A stretch of 64,000 nt of DNA from an uncultured Gammaproteobacteria bacterium. GTDB taxonomy: Bacteria > Patescibacteriota > Patescibacteriia > Magasanikbacterales > GWA2-37-8. The translations under genes were made by a program, and so were the position numbers. Positions 9,784 to 19,897 of this stretch are shown one piece after another; the first letter of the stretch is position 1; every line of letters starts with the position of its first letter. Under the pieces are notes generated by a model. That model worked only from the letters and a program-made list of their open reading frames with translations. It was not told the DNA's origin and ran no database searches. The stretch covers positions 204,537 through 268,536 of the forward strand of contig CAYHBZ010000002.1 of assembly GCA_964355175.1 (NCBI GenBank). Direction: 5' to 3'.

Positions 9784-11424
9784 ATGAAAGCATCAGATTT
9801 ATTCGTAAAATGTCTGGAGGCCGAGGGGGTAAAATATGTGTTTGGGGTGCCGGGGGAAGAAAATTTGGACTTGCTTGAATCCATGCGTAAATCCAGTATC
9901 CGATTTATCACCACTCGTCATGAACAGGCGGCGGTTTTTATGGCCGCGACTTTTGGGCGTTTGACTGGAAAAGCCGGCGTGGCCTTGTCTACCTTGGGGC
10001 CCGGAGCTACCAATTTGGTCACCGGTGTAGCTTATGCTCAGCTGGGCGGAATGCCGCTGCTCGTGATTACCGGACAAAAGCCAATTCGTAAAAGTAAACA
10101 AGGAAGATTTCAGATTGTGGATATTGTCCAGATGATGACTCCGCTTACCAAAATGTCTGAAACAATTGTGAGCGCCGATAGAATTCCATCTCTGGTTCGT
10201 CAGGCTTTCAAATTGGCTGAATCAGAATTGCCAGGAGCCGTTCATTTGGAATTGCCGGAAGATATTGCGGCCGAAGACAGCGATACCGCCCCAATAGTGC
10301 CGGTAAAAATTCGTCGTGCCGGTCCTGATCCCAAGGCGATAAACATGACTTTGGAATTATTAAAAAAAGCCAAATCGCCAATTGTGTTGGTAGCGGCCGG
10401 AGCCAATCGTAAATTAGTGCGCAAACATTTGCAGGCCTTTTTGGATAAAACTAAAATTCCGTTTATTTCCACTCAGATGGGCAAAGGTGTTATTGATGAA
10501 GCCTCCGAACTTTATCTTGGTACCACAGCTTTAAGCGCTGGAGATTTTGTGCATAAAATGCTTGAGAAATCTGATTGTGTATTGGTGGTGGGACATAATC
10601 TCAATGAAAAGCCGCCGGTAGTTTTGAGTTCCCAAGAACGCGATGTTATTCATCTGAATTTTAACGAAGCGGATGTGGATGATGTGTATATTCCTACTTT
10701 GGAATTAATTGGAGATCTAGCTCATTCTATCTGGGCTTTGACTGAAGATATTACACCTTCGCCACATTGGAATTTTGAATATTTTTATAATTTAAAAAAT
10801 AAGTTGCAGGAACATATCAATGAAAAAAGTACGGATAATAGTTTTCCACTCAAGCCACAAAGATTGGTGGCTGACCTGGAAGCAACCTTGCCGTGTGATG
10901 GTATTTTGGCGCTCGATAATGGTATGTATAAGCTCTGGGTTGCTCGCAATTATACTGCTCATGAACAAAATTCCGTGTTGCTCGATAACGCCTTGGCGAC
11001 AATGGGAGCGGGTTTGCCCGGAGCGATGGGTGCCAAGATTTTATTTCCGAATAAAGCGGTGGTGGCCTTGGTGGGTGATGGTGGTCTGATGATGTCGTCG
11101 CAAGAAATTGAAACCGCTATTCGTCTGAAACTCAATCTCGTAGTGGTGATTGTAAATGACAGCGGCTATGGAATGATCAAATGGAAACAAGAAGGGGCAG
11201 AGTTTAATAATTTTGCTTTGGAATTTGGCAATCCTGATTTCGTGAAATTTGCCGAAAGTTTTGGCGCTCACGGCGCGCGTGTAGAGAGCGCGGCTGATTT
11301 TAAAGAAAAATTAAAACACGCTTTGGGGGCGGGAGGTGTTTGGCTTATTGATTGTCCGATAGACTATAGTGAAAATAATTTAGTTTTTGATAAAGAGCTA
11401 AAAGAAAAAACTAAAAATCTTTAA
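9784..11424 (+). CDS. Acetolactate synthase large-subunit family ThDP enzyme
   Basis: FGVPGEENL, RHEQAA, LGPGATN and GDGG ThDP-binding motif. Confidence 0.9.
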   Translation: MKASDLFVKCLEAEGVKYVFGVPGEENLDLLESMRKSSIRFITTRHEQAAVFMAATFGRLTGKAGVALSTLGPGATNLVTGVAYAQLGGMPLLVITGQKPIRKSKQGRFQIVDIVQMMTPLTKMSETIVSADRIPSLVRQAFKLAESELPGAVHLELPEDIAAEDSDTAPIVPVKIRRAGPDPKAINMTLELLKKAKSPIVLVAAGANRKLVRKHLQAFLDKTKIPFISTQMGKGVIDEASELYLGTTALSAGDFVHKMLEKSDCVLVVGHNLNEKPPVVLSSQERDVIHLNFNEADVDDVYIPTLELIGDLAHSIWALTEDITPSPHWNFEYFYNLKNKLQEHINEKSTDNSFPLKPQRLVADLEATLPCDGILALDNGMYKLWVARNYTAHEQNSVLLDNALATMGAGLPGAMGAKILFPNKAVVALVGDGGLMMSSQEIETAIRLKLNLVVVIVNDSGYGMIKWKQEGAEFNNFALEFGNPDFVKFAESFGAHGARVESAADFKEKLKHALGAGGVWLIDCPIDYSENNLVFDKELKEKTKNL

Positions 11425-11512
11425 AAAATATATAAATATATATAAATATATATTTTTCATTCATTCGGAAGTTAATTTATAAATAAATTAACTTCTCTCA
11501 TTCATTTATAAT

Positions 11513-12883
11513 ATGGCCATAATTTCTCAAAGTCCGGCAACCGGTGAAGTGTTTGCTCGATTTACTGAATTAAATAGTGATGAAATAGAAAAAAAATTGG
11601 TGCTGTCCCAAAGTGCTTTTGGCCTTTGGCGTCAGACCAATATGGAAGAGCGCGCGGTTTTGATGAAAAAAGTAGCCGCAAAATTGCGTGAACAAAAAAA
11701 TGATCTGGCCGTGCTGATGGCTCAGGAGATGGGCAAAGTGCTCAAAGCCGGTCAGGCCGAAGTGGAAAAATGCGTCGCGGTGTGTGATTTTTATGCCGAT
11801 AATGCAGCTAAATTTTTGGCTGAAGATTTTATTGCCACTGAAGCCAAAGAAAGTTTTGTGCGTTTTGATCCGCTAGGCGCCGTGCTTGCGGTGATGCCTT
11901 GGAATTTTCCTTTTTGGCAGGTGTTTCGTTTTGCCGCGCCGGCTCTAATGGCTGGAAATATCGGTCTGCTCAAACACGCCTCCAATGTGCCGCGTTGTGC
12001 CGTGAGAATGGAAGAAATTTTTTCGGAATGTGGATTTCCAGCGGGAGTTTTTCAGACTTTATTAATTGGCTCAGGAGCAATAGAAAAAATAGTTTTGGAT
12101 GATAGAATAGCGGCCGTCACTTTGACGGGCAGTGAATTTGCCGGAAGTCAGGTAGCTGCCGCGGCCGGTAAAGCTTTAAAAAAATGTGTATTGGAATTGG
12201 GTGGTAGCGATCCTTTTATTGTGTTGTCTGATGCTGATTTGGCCGGTGCGATAAAAGCGGCCGTTACCGCCAGAATGCAGAATAATGTGGGACAAAGTTG
12301 TATTGCTTCCAAAAGATTTATTGTGGAGGAATCAGTGGCGACTGAATTTACTGCCGGAATGGTGAAAGCCTTTTCTGAATTTAAAGTAGGCAATCCTTTG
12401 GCGGATGATACCAATGTGGGGCCGCTGGTAAACGAAAGCTCTCTAAAAGAAATTGACAGTCAGGTGCAGAAAACTTTGGCGATGGGCGCCAAGTTGGAAT
12501 TTGGTGGTAGTAGGATGGGGGAAGTAGGAAGTTTTTATTTGCCTACGGTTGTCAGTGGAGTGACCAAAGGCATGCCGCTGTGCGATGAAGAAGTGTTTGG
12601 TCCGGTAGCACCAATTATTGTGGTAAAAAATTCTGATGAAGCGATAAAAATTGCCAATGATTCTCCGTATGGTCTGGGAGCTACGATTTGGACTGCTGAT
12701 TTGGACAAAGCCAAAAAGATGGCGGCTCAATTGGAGAGCGGCAGTATCTATATCAATGGGGCGATGAAATCTGATGTGCGGTTGCCTTTTGGCGGTATCA
12801 AAAAATCTGGTTTTGGACGAGAGCTCGGGTCCTATGGTATTCGTGAATTTGTGAATGTGAAGACCGTTGTAATTGAAAAATAG
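11513..12883 (+). CDS. NAD-dependent succinate-semialdehyde dehydrogenase family
   Basis: PWNFP, LELGGSDP, GQSCI and EEVFGP motifs. Confidence 0.9.
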   Translation: MAIISQSPATGEVFARFTELNSDEIEKKLVLSQSAFGLWRQTNMEERAVLMKKVAAKLREQKNDLAVLMAQEMGKVLKAGQAEVEKCVAVCDFYADNAAKFLAEDFIATEAKESFVRFDPLGAVLAVMPWNFPFWQVFRFAAPALMAGNIGLLKHASNVPRCAVRMEEIFSECGFPAGVFQTLLIGSGAIEKIVLDDRIAAVTLTGSEFAGSQVAAAAGKALKKCVLELGGSDPFIVLSDADLAGAIKAAVTARMQNNVGQSCIASKRFIVEESVATEFTAGMVKAFSEFKVGNPLADDTNVGPLVNESSLKEIDSQVQKTLAMGAKLEFGGSRMGEVGSFYLPTVVSGVTKGMPLCDEEVFGPVAPIIVVKNSDEAIKIANDSPYGLGATIWTADLDKAKKMAAQLESGSIYINGAMKSDVRLPFGGIKKSGFGRELGSYGIREFVNVKTVVIEK

Positions 12884-12959
12884 GCTAACATTAGCTAAAT
12901 TTAGTCTTGACAAAAACACTAAAATGTGGTATAATAATAGGGTACTTTATTAAAAATTT

Positions 12960-13169
12960 ATGTCTGAATCTCAATCAGGGCCTATGGAAATGCAAGCAGA
13001 GGGCGTAGTGGCAGAGTTGGCAGCAGGATTTGGATTTGACCAGGCCGCTCGCGATGAGGTAAGACAAAAATTATTGGCGATGAAGCCAGGCGACACTTTG
13101 GCAGAAATAAATTTTACAGTGACGGCTGATAAAAATGGCTTTCATCTTCAAACAGGAGAGGAAAAATAA
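12960..13169 (+). CDS. Small hypothetical protein
   Basis: Own promoter TTGACA...TATAAT upstream and terminator downstream. Confidence 0.55.
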   Translation: MSESQSGPMEMQAEGVVAELAAGFGFDQAARDEVRQKLLAMKPGDTLAEINFTVTADKNGFHLQTGEEK

Positions 13170-13174
13170 AAACA

Positions 13175-13213
13175 AAAATAAAAAATCCCGACTCAGTCGG
13201 GATTTTTTATTTT
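13175..13213. terminator. Bidirectional intrinsic terminator
   Basis: AAAATAAAAAATCCCGAC-TCA-GTCGGGATTTTTTATTTT between convergent genes. Confidence 0.8.
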
Positions 13214-13228
13214 AAATTATTTTAATAT

Positions 13229-13810
13229 TTATTTTACTATTAAAGTGCCGTTCATATCCATGTGGCCTGATCCACAAGGAATGCCACAGCGGAATTTAAA
13301 TGAGCCGGCTTTGTCAGCGGTGAATTCTATCACCTGAGTATTGTCGACTTCCAATTTTGAACTTACATTAAAATCCGCCAAGACAAAGCTGTGAATCCCG
13401 TCGGTGCTAGTAATTTTTAAACGAACTTTGTCACCTTTGTTTACGGTAATGGCGGAAGGAGAAAATTCCCAATTTTTGGCAGTAATAGTAAACTCTTTTA
13501 CGGTAGCGGCGGCTGGAGTTTTGATATTTATATCTACGATAGTTCCGCCAGGAGTTTCTTTTTCTACAGAAACTACGCCTTTGACGCTAGTAGTATTTCC
13601 AGTCTTGGTCTCGTTTTTATTTTCAGGCTCCTTCTTTTCTTTATCCTCATTTTCCACCTGAGTTTGGCTAGTGGCGGTTTGTTCTGTTTGTAGATTACTG
13701 TCGTCGGTTTTGATATTACTTGAAATATTCAATTTATTATTACAGCCCGCTCCGGTCAAAAGTAGAACCAGTGCCAAACTGCTGGCTACAGAAAAATATT
13801 TTTTGCGCAT
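13229..13810 (-). CDS. Cupredoxin-domain lipoprotein (CuA-like ligands)
   Basis: GAGC lipobox-like signal; H...CGIPCGSGHMDM. Confidence 0.8.
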   Translation of the reverse strand: MRKKYFSVASSLALVLLLTGAGCNNKLNISSNIKTDDSNLQTEQTATSQTQVENEDKEKKEPENKNETKTGNTTSVKGVVSVEKETPGGTIVDINIKTPAAATVKEFTITAKNWEFSPSAITVNKGDKVRLKITSTDGIHSFVLADFNVSSKLEVDNTQVIEFTADKAGSFKFRCGIPCGSGHMDMNGTLIVK

Positions 13811-13986
13811 ATTTTAAAAGTTAATTAATTATAACTTTATTATATTACTGGCTGTGGCAAAAGGCAAATTTATTTTATTATAAGTCAAGACCCTTGCGGA
13901 AATAATGTGGATACTGATGTTTACCGAGCAGTCTTTCTCTGTTATAATTAGACCTAATAACTTAGTTTAATAATTAACTATACACT

Positions 13987-14538
13987 ATGTGTAACAAATC
14001 AGACGCAATGTCTTGCGTGCACGGAAAAATGAAGGATTTTGGCTTGTTGGCTTTGCGCCTAGCTTTGGGTGCAATCTTTATCTACGCCGGTTACAGCAAG
14101 CTCGGCGCCAACCACGCTTTGGTCAGCGGAATGATGGGCAAAATGATCGGACCTGAATCTGCCGGTTCTTTCTGGGCATATTTTGTAGGTTTGGCTGAAT
14201 TAGTCGGTGGAGTTATGTTGGTACTAGGTGTTTTTGCTTCTTATGCCGCCGCTTGGTTGTCGGTGATTATGATTGTGGCTCTGTTGGTAGTGCATGCCAG
14301 CGGTCCATTTTCTGGTATGACTGCTCCTTTGGCTATTCTTGGTGGTACTTTGGCCTTGCTAGGTACTGGCGCCGGTCGCTTCCGTTTGGTAAAGACTGAA
14401 TGTCATTGCCCAAAATGCAAAGCGATGTGCGCAGATGAAAAATGTGAACCAAAGTCCGATAAGCCTGAAATGGCTGGTATGTCTGCAAAAGCTATGGGTG
14501 GATGCTGTGGTGGTGGGGCTTGCGGGGATAAGAAATAG
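13987..14538 (+). CDS. DoxX-family protein with Cys-rich C-terminus
   Basis: LALRLALGAIFIYAGYSKL; CHCPKC and CCGGGAC tail. Confidence 0.8.
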   Translation: MCNKSDAMSCVHGKMKDFGLLALRLALGAIFIYAGYSKLGANHALVSGMMGKMIGPESAGSFWAYFVGLAELVGGVMLVLGVFASYAAAWLSVIMIVALLVVHASGPFSGMTAPLAILGGTLALLGTGAGRFRLVKTECHCPKCKAMCADEKCEPKSDKPEMAGMSAKAMGGCCGGGACGDKK

Positions 14539-14542
14539 TTTC

Positions 14543-14743
14543 AAAAATAGAAAACTAAAAACAAAAATACCTCGGATTTTTTACCTGATAAAAGTTCGCA
14601 TAATTGGCTATAAATTTTCGTTACGGCTCTAAGGGTAGAGCCGTTGCCCTATCGGGCATCACTCAAATTTATCACGCCAATTAGGGGCTCACTTTTATGC
14701 GGTAAAAAATCCGAGGTATTTTTGTTTTTAGTTTTCTATTTTT
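14543..14743. repeat. Long inverted repeat (43-bp perfect arms) enclosing nested stems
   Basis: 14543-14585 is the exact reverse complement of 14701-14743. Confidence 0.85.
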
Positions 14744-16485
14744 TCTTGCAGAGACAACCATTCATTTTCTTTGTTTTTTATTTCTTTGTCGAGGTCGCCT
14801 AGGTGGCGGTAGTCGGCTAGTTCAAATTTTTTAGGATCTTTGGCTTGTTTGCGTAAGAGTTTAGTTTTAACTTTTTCCATTTCACAGATATCTTCTTCGA
14901 TTTTTTGGAGTTTCTTTTTTTCAGCTTTTATTTCTTCGTGGCGCTGTCTTTTTTCTTCGTCGGTTTTTTCTGGTAGCTCAATCTCTTTTTCTTGTTCTGG
15001 TTCTATGGATTGCTCTAGGTTGTAGATATATTCTTCGTAATTACCAGGATAGCGGCGCACCTCGCCGTTTTTGACCTCGATAATCATAGTGGCGACCGAG
15101 TTTACAAAGGTGCGGTTGTGACTGATAAATAACACGGTGCCATTGAAATCTTCCAAGGCCAAGCCAAGCGCCTCGACTGTTTCAAAATCTAAATGGTTGG
15201 TTGGTTCATCCAGTAGTAATACTTTGCTTTTGGAAAGTAAAATACTGGCCAAGCATAAACGAGCTTTTTCGCCGCCGCTAAGCATGGAGATATATTTTTC
15301 TAGATCACTATCGCGAAATAAAAAGTTGCCGGCCATTTTGAGGATTTCTTCGTCGTTGATATCGCTTGGTGCATTGCCGCGCAAGTGGGTCCACACTTTA
15401 TCTTCCGGATTCAGAGCGTTTGGTACATGTTGGGCGTAGTAAGCAAAAGTGGTATCTACCGCCCATTTGAATTTGCCGCCAATGGCTGATAGTTCACCGG
15501 CTAGAGTTTTTAAAAAAGTGGTTTTACCTTGGCCGTTATCGCCAAGTATGGCTACATGTTCGCCGCGGTCAATGTCCAGCGTGATATTTTCGGCGATGGT
15601 TTTATTTGGATAACCGATAGCGAGTTTTTCAGTTCTAAATAGTAGGCCTTTTTTTGTTTCCACATTGGGGATATGAATTTTTACCGTGGAGAGAGGGCTT
15701 TGGATATCCAGTTTTTTTAATTTTTCTATGGCTTTGAGTTTGCTCTGGGCCTGACTGGCTTTGCTAGCCTTGTAGCGAAATTTATCGACAAAATTTTGCA
15801 GGTGTCTTTGTTCGCGTTCAATTTTTTTATTGTATAATTTCGCAAAGGCCAGACGTTCTTCTTTGTATTCCAAATATTCATCAATGGGACGCGGAAATAA
15901 TGTAATACTGCCTTGTTCAATTTCCAAAGTTTGCTCGCAGGTGCGTTTGAGGAATTCACGGTCATGCGAAATTATTAAAAATGAATCGCTATAATCGCGT
16001 AAAAATTTTTCTAATAATAATTGGGTGTGAACATCCAGATAGTTGGTGGGCTCATCCAACAAAAAAAGATTTGGTTCTTTGAGCAACATCGAAGACAGGC
16101 GGACGCGCATTTGGTAGCCGCCAGAAAGAGAGGAGAGTTTGGAGTTTAATAGATCATTTTTAATTTCAAACTTTCCGGCTACTTTGGCGCACTGCCAATT
16201 TTCTTTGTCGGTGGTGCGCTCTAAAAATTCGAGTACAGTTTCCTCTGGATTTATTTTTTGATGTTGTTCTAGGTATCCAAGACGAGTGACCGGTTGGATA
16301 GCGATAGTACCGGAGTCTTGAGTTTCTTGGCCGACCAACATGCGAAAGAGAGTGGATTTGCCGGCACCGTTGCGGCCGATGACGCCGATTTTTTGTTTGC
16401 TATGAATGGCCAAATCAGCATCTTTAAAAAGTGTTTGTTGGTGGTAGGATTTGTTTAGTTTTTCGATTGTTAGCAAAGTGGCCAT
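14728..16485 (-). CDS. ABC-F family ATPase
   Basis: Two NBDs (GRNGAGKST, GDNGQGKTT), LSGG and LDEPTN twice, no TM domain. Confidence 0.92.
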   Translation of the reverse strand: MATLLTIEKLNKSYHQQTLFKDADLAIHSKQKIGVIGRNGAGKSTLFRMLVGQETQDSGTIAIQPVTRLGYLEQHQKINPEETVLEFLERTTDKENWQCAKVAGKFEIKNDLLNSKLSSLSGGYQMRVRLSSMLLKEPNLFLLDEPTNYLDVHTQLLLEKFLRDYSDSFLIISHDREFLKRTCEQTLEIEQGSITLFPRPIDEYLEYKEERLAFAKLYNKKIEREQRHLQNFVDKFRYKASKASQAQSKLKAIEKLKKLDIQSPLSTVKIHIPNVETKKGLLFRTEKLAIGYPNKTIAENITLDIDRGEHVAILGDNGQGKTTFLKTLAGELSAIGGKFKWAVDTTFAYYAQHVPNALNPEDKVWTHLRGNAPSDINDEEILKMAGNFLFRDSDLEKYISMLSGGEKARLCLASILLSKSKVLLLDEPTNHLDFETVEALGLALEDFNGTVLFISHNRTFVNSVATMIIEVKNGEVRRYPGNYEEYIYNLEQSIEPEQEKEIELPEKTDEEKRQRHEEIKAEKKKLQKIEEDICEMEKVKTKLLRKQAKDPKKFELADYRHLGDLDKEIKNKENEWLSLQEKIEN

Positions 16486-16680
16486 AGTGCAGACAGAGTA
16501 TCAAAAAAAGAGGGATTTGTAAATAAAAAACACCCGAATATTTTCGAATGTTTTTAATTTAAAGCGGGTAATCACTCGCGCAATCTGAAAACAAATTTTA
16601 TTTTCAGATTGCGAGGCGAGTGATATTTCATAGTGCCTGCGTCCCACGGCCCGCTTTTGGCGAGTGGGACATGTTGGCGG

Positions 16681-17505
16681 TTAGCCGGCCAGCACCCGGC
16701 GAACGTAGGCCGAAACTTCAGGAGAGTCAGCGAAGAGCAAGGGCGGCATCTTCACTTTATCCCACGGAACCTTCGAACCGTCGAGACATTCCACCACCCC
16801 GCCCAGCGCGAGGATCATCGGCGCGGTAGCGGCCACATCCCAGATCATGGCCCGGTCAGAAACCCAAGCCCGAGTTCGACCCACCGCCAACTCCCAGCCG
16901 CTGTACACGCTCGGGAGATTGCGCGGATAGCGGAACGCGTTGCGCAGGGGCGTGATGACCGTGTCCCGAAAGTGGGACGGGACAGCCTTGCAGTCGTCCA
17001 GGCCGATCATGGACATCCTGGGCTCATTACGCCTCAGCCGCCGCGGCTGTTCGCCCATGAAGACGAGGCCCTTATCGGGGGAAACCATTGCCCCGACATT
17101 GAATTCCGGCATGTAGACGACGCCGCCGATTGGATGACCAGCCTGCTTGTACCCGATACTCACAGAGTATTCCGGACAGCCGTTGGTGGCCAGTGCTGAA
17201 CCATCGCGGGGATCTACGATGAAACAGGTTTCAGGCACCAGTGTGTCGAGCCCGCCCTGTTTGGGTACAGTGACGAGCTTGACGCCTGGACATTCTCTCA
17301 TGATTTCCGTCACGATCGCCTCGAGGCCTTCTTCCACCACGATCGGGATCTCCGGCCAATGCCGATGGAGAGCCCGCACAATCACGAGTTGGGCGTCAGC
17401 GTCGCCGCTGGCCGTGTGTTCGTCGATGTACCGTTCGCCGTGGTCGAAGCTTCCTTTCAACACTTTTCCGGCCTCGACGGCAGTCTCAAGCAAATGATTC
17501 CACAT
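16681..17505 (-). CDS. GC-rich inositol monophosphatase/CysQ-family protein
   Basis: VEE, IVDPRDGS and IWDVAA motifs; GGAGGA SD. Confidence 0.75.
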   Translation of the reverse strand: MWNHLLETAVEAGKVLKGSFDHGERYIDEHTASGDADAQLVIVRALHRHWPEIPIVVEEGLEAIVTEIMRECPGVKLVTVPKQGGLDTLVPETCFIVDPRDGSALATNGCPEYSVSIGYKQAGHPIGGVVYMPEFNVGAMVSPDKGLVFMGEQPRRLRRNEPRMSMIGLDDCKAVPSHFRDTVITPLRNAFRYPRNLPSVYSGWELAVGRTRAWVSDRAMIWDVAATAPMILALGGVVECLDGSKVPWDKVKMPPLLFADSPEVSAYVRRVLAG

Positions 17506-17697
17506 GGATTCCTCCGAGATGTTGAGAGAGTTGATTTTAAGAGCAGTTGGTTAGTTCAAAATAATACTCTCATTATTAATTTGAATTAGTAAATATAATA
17601 TAAAAAACAGGTTTTGTCAATGTTTTGCACACACGGTTTTCATAGTAATAAAAATTGACTTTTTGGGTTAAATATAGGATAATGACCCAATATTTAT

Positions 17698-18678
17698 ATG
17701 ATAAAAGGATTTTGGGGAAAATTGAAAAAACCGATAATGGTACTCGCGCCCATGGCCAATGTTACGGACTGTGCTTTTCGTCGCATCATTGCCAAACATG
17801 GCAAGCCAGATGTGATGTGGACCGAGTTTGTGGCTTGTGACGGCCTGATGTCGCGCGGTCGTGAGCATCTCATGATTGATCTCAAATACAGTGAAAGTGA
17901 GCGTCCAATTGTGGCGCAGATTTTTGGCAGTAAACTGGAGAATTTTTTTAAGACTGCACAACTAATAAAAGAATTAGGATTTGATGGTATTGATATTAAT
18001 ATGGGCTGTCCCGACAGAAATGTAGAAAAGCAGGGAGCGGGGGCGTGTATGATAAAAAGTCCTGAACTAGCCAAAGAAGTAATTTTGGCCACGATGGCTG
18101 GGGCGCCGGATTTACCTGTGTCGGTAAAAACTAGAATTGGATATAACAAAAATATGTTGGCTGAATGGTTACCGGCGTTGCTGTCTACCAATGTAGCGGC
18201 TATTACAGTGCATGCGCGTACACGCAAAGAGATGTCGCTGGTGCCCGCTCGCTGGGAGCATATAAAAGAAGCGGTACAGATTCGCGACTCTATTCAGACT
18301 GGAGAAAATAAAACTTTGATACTTGGAAACGGTGATGTAAAAAATCTTACCGAAGCATATCAGAGAGTAGAAGAAACGGGTTGTGACGGCGTGATGATTG
18401 GTCGTGGTATTTTTGGCAATCCTTGGCTCTTTAATAAAGATATGATTGGTCAAGAAATTCCGACCAAAGAAAAATTAAAAGTAATGGTGGAGCATACCAA
18501 ACTTTTTGAAGAATTACTCGGTGAACATAAAGGGTTTGAGCTGATGAAAAAACATTACAAAGCCTATGTAAACGGTTTTGATAATGCTAAAGAGCTCCGT
18601 ATTGAATTGATGGAAAAAGCTGAAAACGCGGCGGCGGTAGAGGGGATAGTAAATGACTTTGTTGCTAAAAATTTTTAG
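17698..18678 (+). CDS. dus: tRNA-dihydrouridine synthase
   Basis: LAPMA, DINMGCP, VHART and GNGD motifs. Confidence 0.9.
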   Translation: MIKGFWGKLKKPIMVLAPMANVTDCAFRRIIAKHGKPDVMWTEFVACDGLMSRGREHLMIDLKYSESERPIVAQIFGSKLENFFKTAQLIKELGFDGIDINMGCPDRNVEKQGAGACMIKSPELAKEVILATMAGAPDLPVSVKTRIGYNKNMLAEWLPALLSTNVAAITVHARTRKEMSLVPARWEHIKEAVQIRDSIQTGENKTLILGNGDVKNLTEAYQRVEETGCDGVMIGRGIFGNPWLFNKDMIGQEIPTKEKLKVMVEHTKLFEELLGEHKGFELMKKHYKAYVNGFDNAKELRIELMEKAENAAAVEGIVNDFVAKNF

Positions 18679-18720
18679 AGTTGATATACTTATTCTATAA
18701 TAAAAATAGCTAAATTGAAT

Positions 18721-19182
18721 ATGTTTGAGAGATTTTTTGGTAGAGCGGAAGCGGCCAGACGAGAGGCCTTAAAGCCCGATGAAAAAGCCGATGCCCGTGG
18801 TCCTATGGCCAGAGGGGGAGATTTAAAAACAGACGCGAACTTAACCGATCAGCCAACCAGGAAAAATCCTGGATTTGAAAATTGGGCGAAAGAAGCCGGC
18901 GACGAAGGTAGTAAAAGTTTGGAAGGTACTAAGGAATTTGTTTATGACGGTGGTCCAGCTGACGCTGGGAGTGCTGAAAGTTTGCGACCACATTTGGAAT
19001 TGGTGGCCGCTAATATTGATTCTGAACCTGAGGAGGAAGTAGATTTAAAAGAAGTTGAATTGCAACAGAGATTTGAGGCCGCTCAGGCAAAAGTCGCCGC
19101 CGCCGCCGCTGAATTGGAAGCCGCTAGTAGAGAATTAACCGCTTACCAAGCGGCCAAAGACAGCGTGGAAAAAGCTGCCTAG
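18721..19182 (+). CDS. Hypothetical acidic/coiled-coil protein
   Basis: Uninterrupted ORF with native codon usage. Confidence 0.55.
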   Translation: MFERFFGRAEAARREALKPDEKADARGPMARGGDLKTDANLTDQPTRKNPGFENWAKEAGDEGSKSLEGTKEFVYDGGPADAGSAESLRPHLELVAANIDSEPEEEVDLKEVELQQRFEAAQAKVAAAAAELEAASRELTAYQAAKDSVEKAA

Positions 19183-19332
19183 TTTTTAAAGTAAATAGTT
19201 AAGATTTTAAAACCGTTTGGCGTGTGCGTACCGCGGTTTTTAATTTGCTTTATTATTTCGCCTATCTTTATTAAGTAAATACTGGATTTATATTGACTTT
19301 TTGATTTTTTTTTGTTAGTATATCAATCACTT

Positions 19333-19406
19333 GTCAGGGTAGCTCAGCTGGTTAGAGCACGGCATTCATAACGCCGAGGTCGGGAGTTCGAGCCTCCCCT
19401 CTGACA
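19333..19406 (+). tRNA. tRNA-Met (CAT), elongator type
   Basis: Cloverleaf GTCAGGG...TAGCTCAG...TTCATAA...GTTCGAG...CTCTGACA. Confidence 0.9.
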
Positions 19407-19541
19407 CAAATTATCTAAAATTTGAATAGTTTAAAAAACCAGAATTAAAATCTCTGGTTTTTTATTTGACTTTTATCTAGATCTATTCTAGGCTAATTTC
19501 AGCCTAGCTCTATTCCAGGGCATCAAAGGCGAGGAGGGGCC

Positions 19542-19733
19542 ATGCCCAGTCACAACAGCGGCCGGAAGGGGGATCAAGTCAAGACCAAGAAGAAGCGCAA
19601 AGCCGAAAAAGGCAAGCGGGTGCGCGTCAACAAGTACGAGAAGTACTCGCATGCTGGCCAGGAGCAGGACAAGATCGCTCGTGAAGGCGCGCGAGTCTTG
19701 GACTCTCAGGGAGGGAGGTCTGGGCGGTGGTAG
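19542..19733 (+). CDS. GC-rich small basic protein
   Basis: GAGGAGG SD, TTGACT-17-TAGGCT promoter, downstream hairpin plus U-tract. Confidence 0.6.
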   Translation: MPSHNSGRKGDQVKTKKKRKAEKGKRVRVNKYEKYSHAGQEQDKIAREGARVLDSQGGRSGRW

Positions 19734-19897
19734 CCGTAGGTGGAATTCGTTTCCGCCGAGGTAGTGCTGGCGAACCCTGCTCGTACTACCTGTTTTTTAT
19801 AAAATATTTTTATACAAAACAGGGAGATTTTTTACGAGCAGGGTTTTAAAAACAAAAAACCGTCATAAGACGGTTTTTTGTTTTTAATGTGAGAATG

